From Verrucomicrobiota bacterium (lineage in GTDB: Bacteria > Verrucomicrobiota > Verrucomicrobiia > Limisphaerales > UBA11358), in contig JBEKKN010000003.1 of the NCBI GenBank assembly GCA_050010675.1, forward strand, positions 1,668 through 65,667: a DNA stretch of 64,000 nucleotides, in the 5' to 3' direction. Below, piece after piece: positions 53,833 through 64,000 of the stretch; within the stretch, counting starts at the first letter, position 1, and each line of letters opens with the position of its first letter. The notes below the pieces were generated by a model. The model ran no database searches and was not told the origin of the DNA. It worked only from the letters and a program-made list of their open reading frames with translations. The position numbers were made by a program, and so were the translations under genes.

Positions 53833-54204
53833 CTAGGCAATCTTGCAGGGAATTACCGCATCTTCGTCGAATGTGTAAACGGCGCACATCCGATGGTAGC
53901 CATCGGCAATGATCACCTTCCCATTGGCTGAATCCCTGACCAGCAGGAGCGGCGATACAGCACTGCCGGACTCGATTTTCAGCTGGTCCTTTTTGACATG
54001 GGAATTGGTGATCCCGAGCAGCGGTAATCGGGCCGCCCGGAAAATATCCTTGGCTTTGAACTCTGACGTCGGCGCCTTTTTGATTTTTTTAACAAAGCCG
54101 GCGGCCGTCCTGGCATCGTAGATCAAAGTCAAATACGACAGGGCCGCCGGATAATCATGCTCTTCCGGCTTGCTCAACCATTTAATTTTGAATTTGGGGG
54201 ACAT
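53833..54204 (-). CDS. Small hypothetical protein with ParB/Srx-like DGxHR motif
   Basis: 123 aa from ATG 54204. Contains SPLLLVRDSANGKVIIADGYHRMCA, which resembles the ParB/sulfiredoxin-fold core. GC is lower than in the neighbours. Confidence 0.4.
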   Translation of the reverse strand: MSPKFKIKWLSKPEEHDYPAALSYLTLIYDARTAAGFVKKIKKAPTSEFKAKDIFRAARLPLLGITNSHVKKDQLKIESGSAVSPLLLVRDSANGKVIIADGYHRMCAVYTFDEDAVIPCKIA

Positions 54205-54257
54205 AGTGTCATCACTTCTCCTTTTTTGGTTTCTTCTTTCAATCTGCATGAGCCGCG

Positions 54258-57059
54258 TCACCGTTGCCGGGTCCGGTAGAACTGGCCGGCTGTTCCCGGC
54301 GCGAGCGGCAGGGTGACAATATTGGACGCGCCCGCCAGCCACGGAGTGTTGCTGGCGTCCAACCAGTTGTTTGGGTTGCCGGTCAACTGATTCACCTGTT
54401 GCAACACGAAGCCCGGACCCGGACTCACCCAACTGACCGTGAGGTTGGTGCCGGAAAGCGCCGCCGCCAACTGCGGGGCCGCCGGCGGTTGAAAGGCGTT
54501 TGCGGGTGTGACCGCCAGTGTTCCGTCCTCGTTGATGGTTTCGCTGTCCGGCAAGGTCGTCGCGTTCACGTTGTTCGCGAAGCGGAGGTTGGGATAATCG
54601 GAAACCCACAGGTCCGCGACCACGTCGTTGCTCAACGGCGCGTAACCATCGTTCGTCAACGGCGGCCCGAAATAGTTTCCCATCACATTCACGTCCGTGG
54701 CGTTGTGGAGTGAAATGGGCGCGCGACGCCAGTCCAGAAACGCGTTGTAAAGAATCCGGATGCCGGAGGCTTCAAAACCGTTGGTCACGTAATCCGAGAT
54801 GATGGCGGCGTTGTGGAATTCCACCAGTGCGAAGGCGGGTTCCGCCATGGGAATGTTGTTGCTCAGGGCTGGCTCGGAATAACTGCAATCGGAAAGCACG
54901 TTGTCCATGATGACCACATTCGTCGGCACAAAGAGGTTGAGAAACGTCGAGGTCATGGCCGGGAAGGCGGCGATGGCGCTCAAGGCCATGCCGCTGATGG
55001 TGTTGTGAGCGATGAGCGTGTTGTTCGCCCGGCAATAAATCCCGTGCTGCCGGCTGTTGCTGAACTGGTTGTCCAGGTAAACCGCCGAGGTGTCGAGGGT
55101 CTCATCCACCAGCAGCGTGTTGGTGTCGTACGTACCGGTCACAACATTCGAAATCGCGTGGTCGAAGGTGATGTCGGGCAGATTGACCGCCGTGATGGTC
55201 GCCTGGTCGAACACTTCGCCATTGGTTGCGTTGAAAAAGAGGACCGTGTCGCCGACCTGGGCTTCATACGGAATCAGGTTGGTCGGGATGGTGGTATCCT
55301 CGCCATTCTGATACACCGCAAACGTATTCGTCGGCTGGACGGGCGCGTTGGTAACGATGAACGGGCTGATGTTGGGGTTGGCCGTGTCATCGCTCAAGGC
55401 GGTGAAGTTGCATCCCTGCACCCATGGCCCGATCCGCGGATCGACGAAATAACCCCCATCAGCATTGGAAGTCCGCAGGCGGGGGGCGTTTGTACCCGCA
55501 GGCGGCGGCCCGAGCTGAATCTGGTCGTTGATTTCATTTACCAGCGACGAATACCGTCCCGAATAACTGACACCCGCGCCGGCATAGTTGGTGTTGTTCA
55601 GGAACGTGACCTGCCACGACTGGTTGACGTTGAACAACGGCGAGCCGTTCCACCGCGAAATCATGTTCCAGAGCGCGCCCGGTTGGATGGACTTCGCCTG
55701 GGCCGCAAAAGAAAGATACACCTTGAACGCACCGTTGCTGTTCGTCTGGACCACATTGGTATAAAGGCAGGCCGCGTAGCTGGCATCCGCGCCGCGGCCG
55801 GGTCGGGTCGGGTCCATGACCGTGCCCCAGAGACGCGCGGTACTGAGCGCATTCGTATCGGTGTAGTTGGCATTCGTGGGAGCCGGGTACCCGGTGTCCA
55901 CCTGAAACTCAATGGCCAGTTCCTTTGGTGTATTGGTAAAGAAATTATGCGTCACCACCCCTTGCGTGTACGGCAACGGGTCGTAATCCACCGTAAACCC
56001 CTGCACAATCACGTTGGAGCACGAGATGACATTCAGAAATCCAATGCGCGGATTGGTGATGAGGATTTTGCAGCCGTTGCCATTGACCAGTACATTGGTG
56101 GCATTGGACAGCAGAAGCGGAACTCCTTTCGTCAGCGAACCGTTCGTGATGATATAGGTCGCGCCTGCCGTGAAGCGAATCTCCGTCCCGCCCGCGAAGT
56201 TGCCGACCGAATTTAAAGCGTTCGAGATGAGCAGCACGTCGTTGGTGCCGGGCGATCCGACGAAGTTCGTCTGCTGCACGAGCACCGGCAGCGTCAACAG
56301 GGGCGGTGGCCGGGGCAGCCAGTCCACCGTAGCCGCGGTGGCCCAACGCGCGGTCGGAGGGGTGAGATTCGTGGACATTTGGAAAATCAAATAGCGCGGC
56401 GTGATGGAGCCCGCCGAGTTCGTCACCGGCCACTGGTCAAAAATCAGGTTGGTCACACCGCTGATGACGGTTCCCACACTGGCCGTGGCATGGAACGCGT
56501 CGTAGGTAAGGAAAATTTGCACGGGACTGCCGGTGTTGGTAAAGGCATTGAGCATACTCACCGGATTGTTGAGCGCGGTCCCGCCGTAGAGCGTGACCGT
56601 CCCGGTCCCGAACACTTGAACCCACGGACCACTGCCGCTGGCGGGAGATGCCAGGAACTGGTTGCTGTTGCCGAATCCCATGCCGATCCATTCATTGAAG
56701 CCCGTTGGGAATTGCATCATCGCCGAGGCCGTCATTGAACCATGCGGCCCGATGGGCACGAGTTGTACGCCGGCCGTCGCCCCGGCACCGGGAGCGGCGT
56801 TGTACAAATGCCCACTGCCATCCAGGGCCAGTTGCGAAGGCACTGCGCCCGACTGCCACCCGTTCCCCTCGACGTCAATCCAGGGAATACTATTGCTGAT
56901 GTTTCCCGCCGGTTGCGTGAAAAAATCCTGAAATACAACTTCCGCCGACACATTCACGGCAGCGATTCCGACCAGGCCAAGCGCAAGGAGCGTCCGGCTC
57001 AAGCACCGGCAGCATGCCGACGGGAACATTGACCAGAAAAGGGAATGCACAACTTGCAC
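54258..57059 (-). CDS. Large secreted protein with right-handed parallel beta-helix repeats and C-terminal Ig/FN3-like domain
   Basis: Signal peptide (LLALGLVGIAAVNVSA). Asn/Thr/Gly/Val-rich repeats include NATNVLVNGNGCKILITNPRIGFLNVISCSNVIVQGF. The C-terminal tail ends ...GQFYRTRQR. Confidence 0.55.
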   Translation of the reverse strand: MQVVHSLFWSMFPSACCRCLSRTLLALGLVGIAAVNVSAEVVFQDFFTQPAGNISNSIPWIDVEGNGWQSGAVPSQLALDGSGHLYNAAPGAGATAGVQLVPIGPHGSMTASAMMQFPTGFNEWIGMGFGNSNQFLASPASGSGPWVQVFGTGTVTLYGGTALNNPVSMLNAFTNTGSPVQIFLTYDAFHATASVGTVISGVTNLIFDQWPVTNSAGSITPRYLIFQMSTNLTPPTARWATAATVDWLPRPPPLLTLPVLVQQTNFVGSPGTNDVLLISNALNSVGNFAGGTEIRFTAGATYIITNGSLTKGVPLLLSNATNVLVNGNGCKILITNPRIGFLNVISCSNVIVQGFTVDYDPLPYTQGVVTHNFFTNTPKELAIEFQVDTGYPAPTNANYTDTNALSTARLWGTVMDPTRPGRGADASYAACLYTNVVQTNSNGAFKVYLSFAAQAKSIQPGALWNMISRWNGSPLFNVNQSWQVTFLNNTNYAGAGVSYSGRYSSLVNEINDQIQLGPPPAGTNAPRLRTSNADGGYFVDPRIGPWVQGCNFTALSDDTANPNISPFIVTNAPVQPTNTFAVYQNGEDTTIPTNLIPYEAQVGDTVLFFNATNGEVFDQATITAVNLPDITFDHAISNVVTGTYDTNTLLVDETLDTSAVYLDNQFSNSRQHGIYCRANNTLIAHNTISGMALSAIAAFPAMTSTFLNLFVPTNVVIMDNVLSDCSYSEPALSNNIPMAEPAFALVEFHNAAIISDYVTNGFEASGIRILYNAFLDWRRAPISLHNATDVNVMGNYFGPPLTNDGYAPLSNDVVADLWVSDYPNLRFANNVNATTLPDSETINEDGTLAVTPANAFQPPAAPQLAAALSGTNLTVSWVSPGPGFVLQQVNQLTGNPNNWLDASNTPWLAGASNIVTLPLAPGTAGQFYRTRQR

Positions 57060-57152
57060 CTTTCTAATTTAGCAGGGCCGGCAGCGGATGCAACCACACG
57101 ACATGCAAGCTTGAAGTGGCGGCGGAATGCGGTAAGTCTATGCCACTTCAAC

Positions 57153-57722
57153 ATGGCAGCGATTTCAGATTCAATCATCCTCGGTTGTTGGATCATCTTC
57201 CTGGCGTACTGGATTATCAACGCGTTCGTGGCCAAGCGGACGGCGGAACCGCAATACTGGCTGTCCGCCCTGGCACACCGGATTCCCGTGAGCTTGGGCT
57301 GGCTTCTGCTGGCATATCAGGGATTACCGCCGCCCATGAATCTGGTGTGGATGCCGCGCACGGATTGGGCGCGCGTGATGGGTGTGGTGATCTGCGTGGT
57401 CGGGCTGTTCGTAACGATCTGGGCGCGCCGGACACTCGCGGGGAACTGGAGCAGTGATGTGACCTTCAAGCAGGACCACGAACTGGTAAAGACCGGGCCT
57501 TACCGGTTCGTGCGGCATCCCATCTACACCGGGCTGCTGGTGATGTGTCTCGGCTCAGGAATTGAAATCGGGCGGGTTCGTTGCCTGCTGAGCCTGGTGA
57601 TGGTTGGCATTGGTTTTTGGATCAAGCTCAAGCAGGAGGAAGCGCTCATGTTACGGCATTTCCCCAATGAATATCCGGCCTATCAAAAGGAGGTGAAGGC
57701 GCTCATCCCATTCGTCATTTGA
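57153..57722 (+). CDS. Isoprenylcysteine carboxyl methyltransferase (ICMT/PEMT) family membrane protein
   Basis: Contains RRTLAGNWS...ELVKTGPYRFVRHPIYTG. Start set at ATG 57153. Confidence 0.75.
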   Translation: MAAISDSIILGCWIIFLAYWIINAFVAKRTAEPQYWLSALAHRIPVSLGWLLLAYQGLPPPMNLVWMPRTDWARVMGVVICVVGLFVTIWARRTLAGNWSSDVTFKQDHELVKTGPYRFVRHPIYTGLLVMCLGSGIEIGRVRCLLSLVMVGIGFWIKLKQEEALMLRHFPNEYPAYQKEVKALIPFVI

Positions 57723-57725
57723 AAA

Positions 57726-60323
57726 TCACTTCGCCTTGAAGACCAGTTTTTCCCCGTCGGCCGTTACTTTGATTTTATCGCCGGGCTTAAATTCCCCGTC
57801 GAGCAGTTTTGTCGCCAGCGGATTGAGAATGTGTTCCTGCACCGCCCGTTTGAGCGGGCGCGCGCCGAATTGCGGGTCGTAACCTTCCCGGGCCAGCAAT
57901 TTCTTCGCGGCCGCATCCACGTCGAGCGTGAGATTCTGCTGCGCCAGCCGTTGCTTCAGCTTCTCCAGTTGGATGTCCACGATACGCTCAATTTCGCTTT
58001 CGTCGAGACTTTGGAAAATGATGACATCGTCCACGCGGTTCAGGAATTCGGGCCGGAAATGCCGTTTCAATTCGGCCATCACCTTGTCTTCCATTGTTTG
58101 ATGCGACGACTTGTCCGTGCGGCCGTCCATGAAATATTCCTGAATGATGGACGAGCCGAGGTTGCTGGTCATGATGACGATGGTGTTCTTGAAATCCACC
58201 GTCCGCCCCTGCCCATCCGTAAGCCGGCCGTCGTCGAGCACCTGCAACAACACGTTGAAAACATCGACATGGGCCTTTTCAATCTCGTCGAACAGCACCA
58301 CCGCATACGGCCGGCGCCGCACCGCTTCGCTCAATTGTCCGCCTTCCTCGTAACCGACATAGCCCGGTGGCGCGCCGATGAGCCGCGCGACGGTGTGTTT
58401 CTCCATGTATTCGCTCATGTCGATGCGAATCATCGCGTTTTCGTCGTCGAATAGAAATTCCGCGAGCGCCCGGGCGGTCTCGGTTTTGCCGACACCGGTC
58501 GGGCCGAGAAAAATAAACGAGCCGATGGGCCGGTTCGGGTCCTGCAATCCGCTGCGGGCGCGGCGCACCGCATCGGACACGGCCTTGATGGCTTGCTTCT
58601 GCCCGATGACGCGTTGCGCCAGGCGTTCCTCCATTTTCACCAGTTTTTGCCGCTCGCCTTCCAGCATCCGTGAAACGGGAATATGCGTCCAGGCCGCGAC
58701 GACTTTGGCGATGTCCTCGTCGGTCACTTCCTGGCGGAGCAAGGATGTGCGCGTGGCCTGCGCTGATTGTTTTTCGATGGTCGCCAGCTTCTTCTCCAAA
58801 TCCGGAATCTTGCCGTATTGAACCTCGGCAGACTTCGTCAAATCCCCGCGCCGCTGCGCCTGCTCCAGTTCGATCTTCGCCTGTTCGAGTTGCGATTGCA
58901 CCACGCTGACGGCATTGACGGCGGCCTTTTCATTCTGCCATTGCGCGGTGAGCGCCTTGGATTTGTCCTTGAGGTTGGCGGTTTCCTTGTCAATGAGCTT
59001 GAGCCGTTCCTTGCTCGCGGCATCTTTTTCCTTGGCCAGCGACGTGCGCTCAATTTCCAGTTGCAGAATCTGCCGGTCGAGCTGGTCCAGTTCCGTCGGC
59101 TTGGAATCCAGCTCCATCTTGATGCGCGACGCCGCCTCGTCCACCAGGTCAATCGCCTTGTCCGGCAAAAACCGGTCGGTGATGTAGCGATGCGACAGCG
59201 TCGCCGCCGCCACGAGCGCCGAATCCTGGATGCGCACGCCATGATGCACCTCGTAGCGTTCCTTGAGTCCGCGCAGAATCGCGATGGTTGCCTCCACGGT
59301 CGGCTCAGCCACCATCACGGGCTGAAAGCGGCGTTCCAATGCCGGGTCCTTCTCAATGTGCTTGCGGTATTCGTCGAGCGTCGTCGCGCCGACGCAGCGC
59401 AATTCGCCACGGGCGAGCTGTGGTTTCATGATGTTCGCCGCGTCCGTCGCCCCTTCCGCCGCGCCCGCACCGACGATGGTGTGCAGCTCATCAATGAACA
59501 AAATGATTTTGCCTTCGCTGGCGACGATTTCCTTCAGAAAAGCCTTGAGCCGGTCCTCGAATTCGCCGCGATATTTCGCACCGGCAATCATCGCGCTCAA
59601 ATCCATGGCCACCAGCCGTTTGTTTTTCAGTGATTCGGGCACGTCGCCACTCACGATGCGCCGGGCCAGGCCCTCCGCAATCGCCGTCTTGCCCACACCG
59701 GGTTCGCCGATGAGCACCGGATTGTTTTTCGTCCGGCGCGTCAGCACCTGCATCACCCGGCGGATTTCCTCGTCGCGACCAATGACCGGGTCAATCTTGC
59801 CCTGCCGCGCCAGCGCCGTGAGGTCGCGGCCGTATTTATCGAGCGCTTGAAATTTGGCCTCGGGATTCTCATCGGTGACGCGCTGGTTGCCGCGCAACCC
59901 GGCGAGCACCTGGAGCACGGCATCGCGCTTCAGGCCGTGCCTGGCGAAAATCTTTTTCAACCCCGAACCACCGCTGTCGATCAGGCCGAGCAGCAGATGT
60001 TCGGTGCTGACATAATCATCCTTGAGTTTGGTGGCCTCGGATTGCGCGGCGGCGAGGGCTTTTTTTAGATCGTTGCCGGCGTAGGGGTCGCCCGCGCCTT
60101 CGACCTTGTGCCGGCGCGCGAGTTCGGCCTCCACATCCGGTTTCAGCCGGGTGACCGGCACCCCCATCCGCTCGAGCAGATCGGGAATCAAACTGTCCGT
60201 TTGGGACATCAGCGCGAGCGCGAGGTGCTCACCGTCAATCTCCTGGTGGGAATATTCGCGGGCCAGCCGTTGCGCCTCCGACAAGGCTTCCTGGGATTTT
60301 TGTGTGAACCTTTCCGGTTGCAT
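57726..60323 (-). CDS. clpB: ATP-dependent chaperone ClpB
   Basis: 865 aa. Two AAA+ modules ([16 protein letters not shown]) with a long coiled-coil middle domain. Confidence 0.95.
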   Translation of the reverse strand: MQPERFTQKSQEALSEAQRLAREYSHQEIDGEHLALALMSQTDSLIPDLLERMGVPVTRLKPDVEAELARRHKVEGAGDPYAGNDLKKALAAAQSEATKLKDDYVSTEHLLLGLIDSGGSGLKKIFARHGLKRDAVLQVLAGLRGNQRVTDENPEAKFQALDKYGRDLTALARQGKIDPVIGRDEEIRRVMQVLTRRTKNNPVLIGEPGVGKTAIAEGLARRIVSGDVPESLKNKRLVAMDLSAMIAGAKYRGEFEDRLKAFLKEIVASEGKIILFIDELHTIVGAGAAEGATDAANIMKPQLARGELRCVGATTLDEYRKHIEKDPALERRFQPVMVAEPTVEATIAILRGLKERYEVHHGVRIQDSALVAAATLSHRYITDRFLPDKAIDLVDEAASRIKMELDSKPTELDQLDRQILQLEIERTSLAKEKDAASKERLKLIDKETANLKDKSKALTAQWQNEKAAVNAVSVVQSQLEQAKIELEQAQRRGDLTKSAEVQYGKIPDLEKKLATIEKQSAQATRTSLLRQEVTDEDIAKVVAAWTHIPVSRMLEGERQKLVKMEERLAQRVIGQKQAIKAVSDAVRRARSGLQDPNRPIGSFIFLGPTGVGKTETARALAEFLFDDENAMIRIDMSEYMEKHTVARLIGAPPGYVGYEEGGQLSEAVRRRPYAVVLFDEIEKAHVDVFNVLLQVLDDGRLTDGQGRTVDFKNTIVIMTSNLGSSIIQEYFMDGRTDKSSHQTMEDKVMAELKRHFRPEFLNRVDDVIIFQSLDESEIERIVDIQLEKLKQRLAQQNLTLDVDAAAKKLLAREGYDPQFGARPLKRAVQEHILNPLATKLLDGEFKPGDKIKVTADGEKLVFKAK

Positions 60324-60398
60324 GACGCGAATCTAGCGCAAAGTGGCAGGGACGCAAAGCCGCGAAATTTGCACCAAACGGGCGGCCCGAAATTGTTG

Positions 60399-61373
60399 CT
60401 AACGTCCGTGGACGCCAACCATGCGCTGGGCTTCCACGTCCCAGACTTTCAGGCGCAGGCAGCGGATGATGTCGAAGGGGCGGAGCGAGGTGGTCTTGGC
60501 CTGGCGCAATTCGGGAAGGTCACGGTAGAGTTCGGGCAACCGGTAAAACGGGACGCGGTGGTTCAGGTGGTGGATGTGGTGGTAGCCGATGTTCGCAGTG
60601 AACCAACTCATAAGCGGGCCGGTTTTTAAATAGCTGGAGGATTCGAGCGCGGCCTTTTCATAGGTCCAGCCGCCCTTGTCGTTGAAGGAAACACCGGGGA
60701 AATTATGCTGCGCGTAAAAAAGATAGCTGCCGAGGGCGGCGGCCAGGAACAGCGGAAATTCCAGCGCCAGCACCCAGGTCAGCCAGCCGAACAGGCACAC
60801 CAGCGCCACGGCCAGCCCCAGGTGCAGCAGCAAAGCCAGCAGGCAATCGTAGTGTCGGCGCGGGGAATTGAGGAACGGGTTGATGATCATCCCGAAATGA
60901 AAGACGAAAATGTAGCCGAACAGGATGGTCAAGGGATGGCGCATGAACAGGTATTTGAAACGGACGCCACGGGAGGATTTTTGATACTGCTCCCGGGTCA
61001 TGATGGGATACGAACCGATGTGGGAGCCAAACAGCTTGGAATTGTGCGCATGGTGATGGTCATGCGAGCTGCGCCAGATGCTGCTGGGACTCAGGGACCA
61101 GATGCCAAAGAGACGCATGAACAATTCCGCCAGCCACGATCGGGGCAGGATGGCGCGATGCTGTTGATCGTGGTAAATGACGAACAGTCGGAGACTCAAA
61201 AGCCCGGCCAACAAACTGGCCCCCATCCTCAGGAGCATCGGAAAGACCGGCAGCGTCCCCGCCAAGGCAACCATCAGCAGGACGGCGGTGGAAAGGATGC
61301 ACCACCAGCTTCTCCATGTATGGTCCCGGGCATATGCCTTGGTTCGCGCGTGAAGCGTCTGGGCAGAATTCAT
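60399..61373 (-). CDS. Membrane fatty acid desaturase
   Basis: Three His boxes: HDQQH, HDHHHAHN and HHIHH. Four TM segments. Confidence 0.85.
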   Translation of the reverse strand: MNSAQTLHARTKAYARDHTWRSWWCILSTAVLLMVALAGTLPVFPMLLRMGASLLAGLLSLRLFVIYHDQQHRAILPRSWLAELFMRLFGIWSLSPSSIWRSSHDHHHAHNSKLFGSHIGSYPIMTREQYQKSSRGVRFKYLFMRHPLTILFGYIFVFHFGMIINPFLNSPRRHYDCLLALLLHLGLAVALVCLFGWLTWVLALEFPLFLAAALGSYLFYAQHNFPGVSFNDKGGWTYEKAALESSSYLKTGPLMSWFTANIGYHHIHHLNHRVPFYRLPELYRDLPELRQAKTTSLRPFDIIRCLRLKVWDVEAQRMVGVHGR

Positions 61374-61585
61374 AATCTATCCAGAGCCAAGGTTCGACCA
61401 TGGCAAAGTTAAGGTCAATAACGTTCATTATTATTTTTCCAGGAGGTGGACGCAGGGCGTGTTGGCTTTCTCCGGGATGCCGGAAATTTCGGTGAACCGC
61501 CCGGACCATACCGGCGGGAAACAAATTATATTTGTCCAGGGCATTGCGGCGTTGCGTTCATCTGATTTTTGTTTAGTTTGCGCGC

Positions 61586-62569
61586 ATGAAATATCGCGAA
61601 TTGGGACGCACGGGCTGGAAGATCTCGGAAATCAGCTTCGGCGCGTGGGCCATCGGCGGCACCTGGGGCACGGTGGACGACCGGGAATCGCTGGCCGCGC
61701 TGCACGCCGCGCTCGACGGCGGCGTGAATTTCTTCGACACCGCGGACGTTTACGGCGACGGCCACAGCGAACGGCTGCTGGCGAAGTTGAAAAAGGAACG
61801 AAAGGACAAATTTTACATCGCCACCAAGGCCGGCCGCCGATTGAACCCGCACACGGCCGAAGGTTACAATCGCCGGAACCTCACGGCCTTTGTGGAGCGC
61901 AGTTTGAAGAATCTGCGGGCCGACGCGATTGACCTGCTGCAACTGCACAGCGCGCCCACGGCGGTTTATTATATGCCGGAGGTGTTTGCGGTGCTCGACG
62001 ACCTCGTGAAGGCCGGCAAAATCCGCCATTACGGCGTGAGCGTGGAAAAAGTCGAGGAGGCGTTGAAAGCCATCGAATTCCCCGGCGTGCAATCGGTACA
62101 GATCATCTTCAATATTTTGCGCCAACGGCCTGCGGAGTTGTTCTTCCCGGAGGCGCGGCGCCGACGGGTGGGCATCCTGGCGCGCCTGCCGCTGGCATCG
62201 GGCCTGTTGTCGGGCAAACTGACCCGCACCAGCACTTTCGCGCGGGATGATCACCGTAGTTTCAACCGGCATGGCGAGGCCTTTGACCGCGGCGAAACCT
62301 TTTCGGGCGTCGATTATGAAACGGGATTGGAACTGGTCGAACAGTTGCGCCCCCTGGCCCCGGCCGGCCTGACCATGCCGCAACTGGCCTTGCGCTGGAT
62401 TCTGGAATTTCCGGCCGTGACCTGTGCCATCCCGGGCGCCAAACGCCTGGGGCAGGTGCAGGAAAACGTCGCCGCCTCGGACCAGCCCCGCCTGTCCCGG
62501 GCCGCGATGAAGAAAATCCAGGCGCTTTACGACCGGCGGGTGCGTCCCCTCGTGCATCATTATTGGTAG
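61586..62569 (+). CDS. Aldo/keto reductase
   Basis: Contains GAWAIGG, FFDTADVYGDGHSE, LLQLHS and IPGAKR blocks. Confidence 0.9.
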   Translation: MKYRELGRTGWKISEISFGAWAIGGTWGTVDDRESLAALHAALDGGVNFFDTADVYGDGHSERLLAKLKKERKDKFYIATKAGRRLNPHTAEGYNRRNLTAFVERSLKNLRADAIDLLQLHSAPTAVYYMPEVFAVLDDLVKAGKIRHYGVSVEKVEEALKAIEFPGVQSVQIIFNILRQRPAELFFPEARRRRVGILARLPLASGLLSGKLTRTSTFARDDHRSFNRHGEAFDRGETFSGVDYETGLELVEQLRPLAPAGLTMPQLALRWILEFPAVTCAIPGAKRLGQVQENVAASDQPRLSRAAMKKIQALYDRRVRPLVHHYW

Positions 62570-62586
62570 AACGCGGAATCTGGAAT

Positions 62587-63399
62587 ATGTCTTGCTGGGA
62601 GCAGGGCATGCAGCAGCAGGACGTTTCGGCGAACCTGGCCGGCAAAAAGACACGCCAGCTTGAACAACGGTGGAACACCCGCAGAAAAATCATCGGTTTA
62701 TCAGCCATCGGCCTGATTTTTATCGTTAGTACCCTCTCGGTTCTTTATCTCCTGGGAAATCGCACCTCCATCTTTCAAACCGGCGGACTGCTCCTGCTCT
62801 GTGTCTCATTCTTAATCATGAGAACGGCCGAACGCATCGCCGGGCCGGAAATGGACAGACTTTTTCGACGCGAGAAACACGCCCGGCGGGGAGCCGCGGC
62901 GGAGGAAAAAATCGGCGCCCTGCTCGACGGCCTGGCGGAGAACTATGCGGTGCAGCACGATGTGAACACCGGCCATGGCACCATTGACCATCTGATGTTC
63001 CGACGGGACGGCGCCGTGTTCCTGATTGAGACCAAATCGCATTCCGGCTGGATCACCCGGCACGACCGCCAACTGCGCCGGAACGGACAGCCGTTGGAAA
63101 CGGATTTCATCCAGCAAACCCTCAACCATATTTCCTGGCTGAAAAAAATCCTGAAGGCGCGCGCCGGCTTTGAACCGTGGATCCACGCCGCGATCGTTTT
63201 CACCGACGCCCACGTGGAAAAGCATCTTAACCTCAACAATGTCGACGTTTTCAACGCGAGCCACCTGACCCGCTGGCTGGAACGGGCACGCGGCAATCCC
63301 CGGGCTTCCGTGTTCCTTTGGCCACAGGTGGAAAATCTGAAAAACGAACTGGCCGCGCCGGATTCAATCCACCTTGCCTGCCAGCCGCTTTTGCGCTAG
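62587..63399 (+). CDS. Membrane-anchored NERD (nuclease-related) domain protein
   Basis: Two TM segments, then GAAAEEKIGALL...TIDHLMFRRDGAVFLIETKSHSG, a NERD-like core. Start set at ATG 62587. Confidence 0.6.
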   Translation: MSCWEQGMQQQDVSANLAGKKTRQLEQRWNTRRKIIGLSAIGLIFIVSTLSVLYLLGNRTSIFQTGGLLLLCVSFLIMRTAERIAGPEMDRLFRREKHARRGAAAEEKIGALLDGLAENYAVQHDVNTGHGTIDHLMFRRDGAVFLIETKSHSGWITRHDRQLRRNGQPLETDFIQQTLNHISWLKKILKARAGFEPWIHAAIVFTDAHVEKHLNLNNVDVFNASHLTRWLERARGNPRASVFLWPQVENLKNELAAPDSIHLACQPLLR

Positions 63400-63411
63400 C
63401 TTGCGAACACT

Positions 63412-64000
63412 ATGGACATAGCGCCTTTTGCTTCCGGAACGGTACCACCGCCGCCACCGCCGGTAATCACACCGTCACCAATGCCCAAACCGCGCCGCAG
63501 CCGGGGTTGGATGATTTTTGCCATCATTCTGCTGGTCCTGTTGCTGATCAGTTTGTTCGGCAATTTCGCCCAGTTGGTTTCGCAGGCGCTGAACTTCAAG
63601 GGCGGCCTGGGTAAAGGGATTTCGCGCGAAGTGGGTCCCAACCTGGACGAATGCCTGCTCAAGGACAATGATGCATCGAGTAAAATTGCCGTGGTCACCG
63701 TGGACGGCATCATCAGCGGCCAGACGGTGGACCAGGCCGGCAACAACCTGATCGACGTCATCCAGGCGCAGCTGGATCGCGCCAAGGATGACCATCGGGT
63801 CAAGGCTGTGATCCTGAAGGTGGATTCCCCGGGCGGCGAAGTGCTGGCCTCGGACGAAATTTACCGCGAGATAAAGGATTTTCAGAAGGATTCCGGCAAA
63901 CCGGTCGTTTGTTCCATGGGCAGCCTGGCCGCGTCAGGCGGTTATTATATTTCATCGCCGTGTCGCTGGATTGTGGCCAACGACCTGACCATCACCGGCA
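63412..64000 (+). CDS. sppA: Signal peptide peptidase SppA (36K type), 3' end outside window
   Basis: My own translation from ATG 63412 is open to the window end. It has a TM anchor followed by VKAVILKVDSPGGEVLASDEIY...MGSLAASGGYYIS (ClpP/SppA serine block). Confidence 0.8.
   Translation, partial: MDIAPFASGTVPPPPPPVITPSPMPKPRRSRGWMIFAIILLVLLLISLFGNFAQLVSQALNFKGGLGKGISREVGPNLDECLLKDNDASSKIAVVTVDGIISGQTVDQAGNNLIDVIQAQLDRAKDDHRVKAVILKVDSPGGEVLASDEIYREIKDFQKDSGKPVVCSMGSLAASGGYYISSPCRWIVANDLTITG

Overview
GC-rich bacterial chromosomal segment. My inference is a PVC-superphylum, Verrucomicrobiota-like organism: it has FtsZ plus a full dcw cluster, a standalone Planctomycete-cytochrome-C-type domain, and abundant GC-rich REP hairpins. 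I support about 62 protein-coding genes, nearly all housekeeping. (1) A minus-strand dcw cell-division/cell-wall cluster spans 8.4-24.1 kb: mraZ, orf, rsmH, ftsL-like, ftsI, murF, mraY, LysM protein, ftsW, murG, murB, ddl, ftsQ, ftsA, ftsZ. (2) Central metabolism: sucC, sucD, gltA. (3) Translation and replication: metG, cysS, dnaG, queA, queD. (4) A tyrA-aroA-cmk-plsC operon. (5) clpB, tmk and cofactor genes (PduO-type adenosyltransferase, CbiX, RibD-C-like). (6) A LuxE-like/LuxC-like acyl-activation/reduction pair. (7) Assorted membrane or secreted proteins of unknown function. I found no rRNA, tRNA, CRISPR array, transposase, integrase or phage gene. I could not delimit a self-contained multi-gene system such as a defence island. 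The most unusual content is at the sub-gene scale. The window is densely colonised by several families of short repeats: tandem heptamer arrays (NNAAATC, GAACTCC, GTGACAG, GTGTTGA, AAGTCAG types), decamer arrays, and GC-rich palindromic REP-like elements. These sit in three recurring contexts. First, they are read through in frame inside conserved, partly essential genes (metG, cysS, dnaG, cbiX, and three times in the LuxE-like gene). Second, they lie immediately upstream of start codons, where a ribosome-binding site would be expected (luxC-like, sucD, tmk, queD, CDGSH gene). Third, they sit between convergent genes as terminator-like double hairpins. Other notable points are a four-box 10-bp-periodic GTGGKT array upstream of mraZ (candidate MraZ operator), a dcw cluster lacking murE/murD/murC with a LysM protein at the murD position, sucC and sucD separated by two inserted genes, and a low-GC GNAT gene. 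All family assignments come from reading motifs by eye; no database search was possible.
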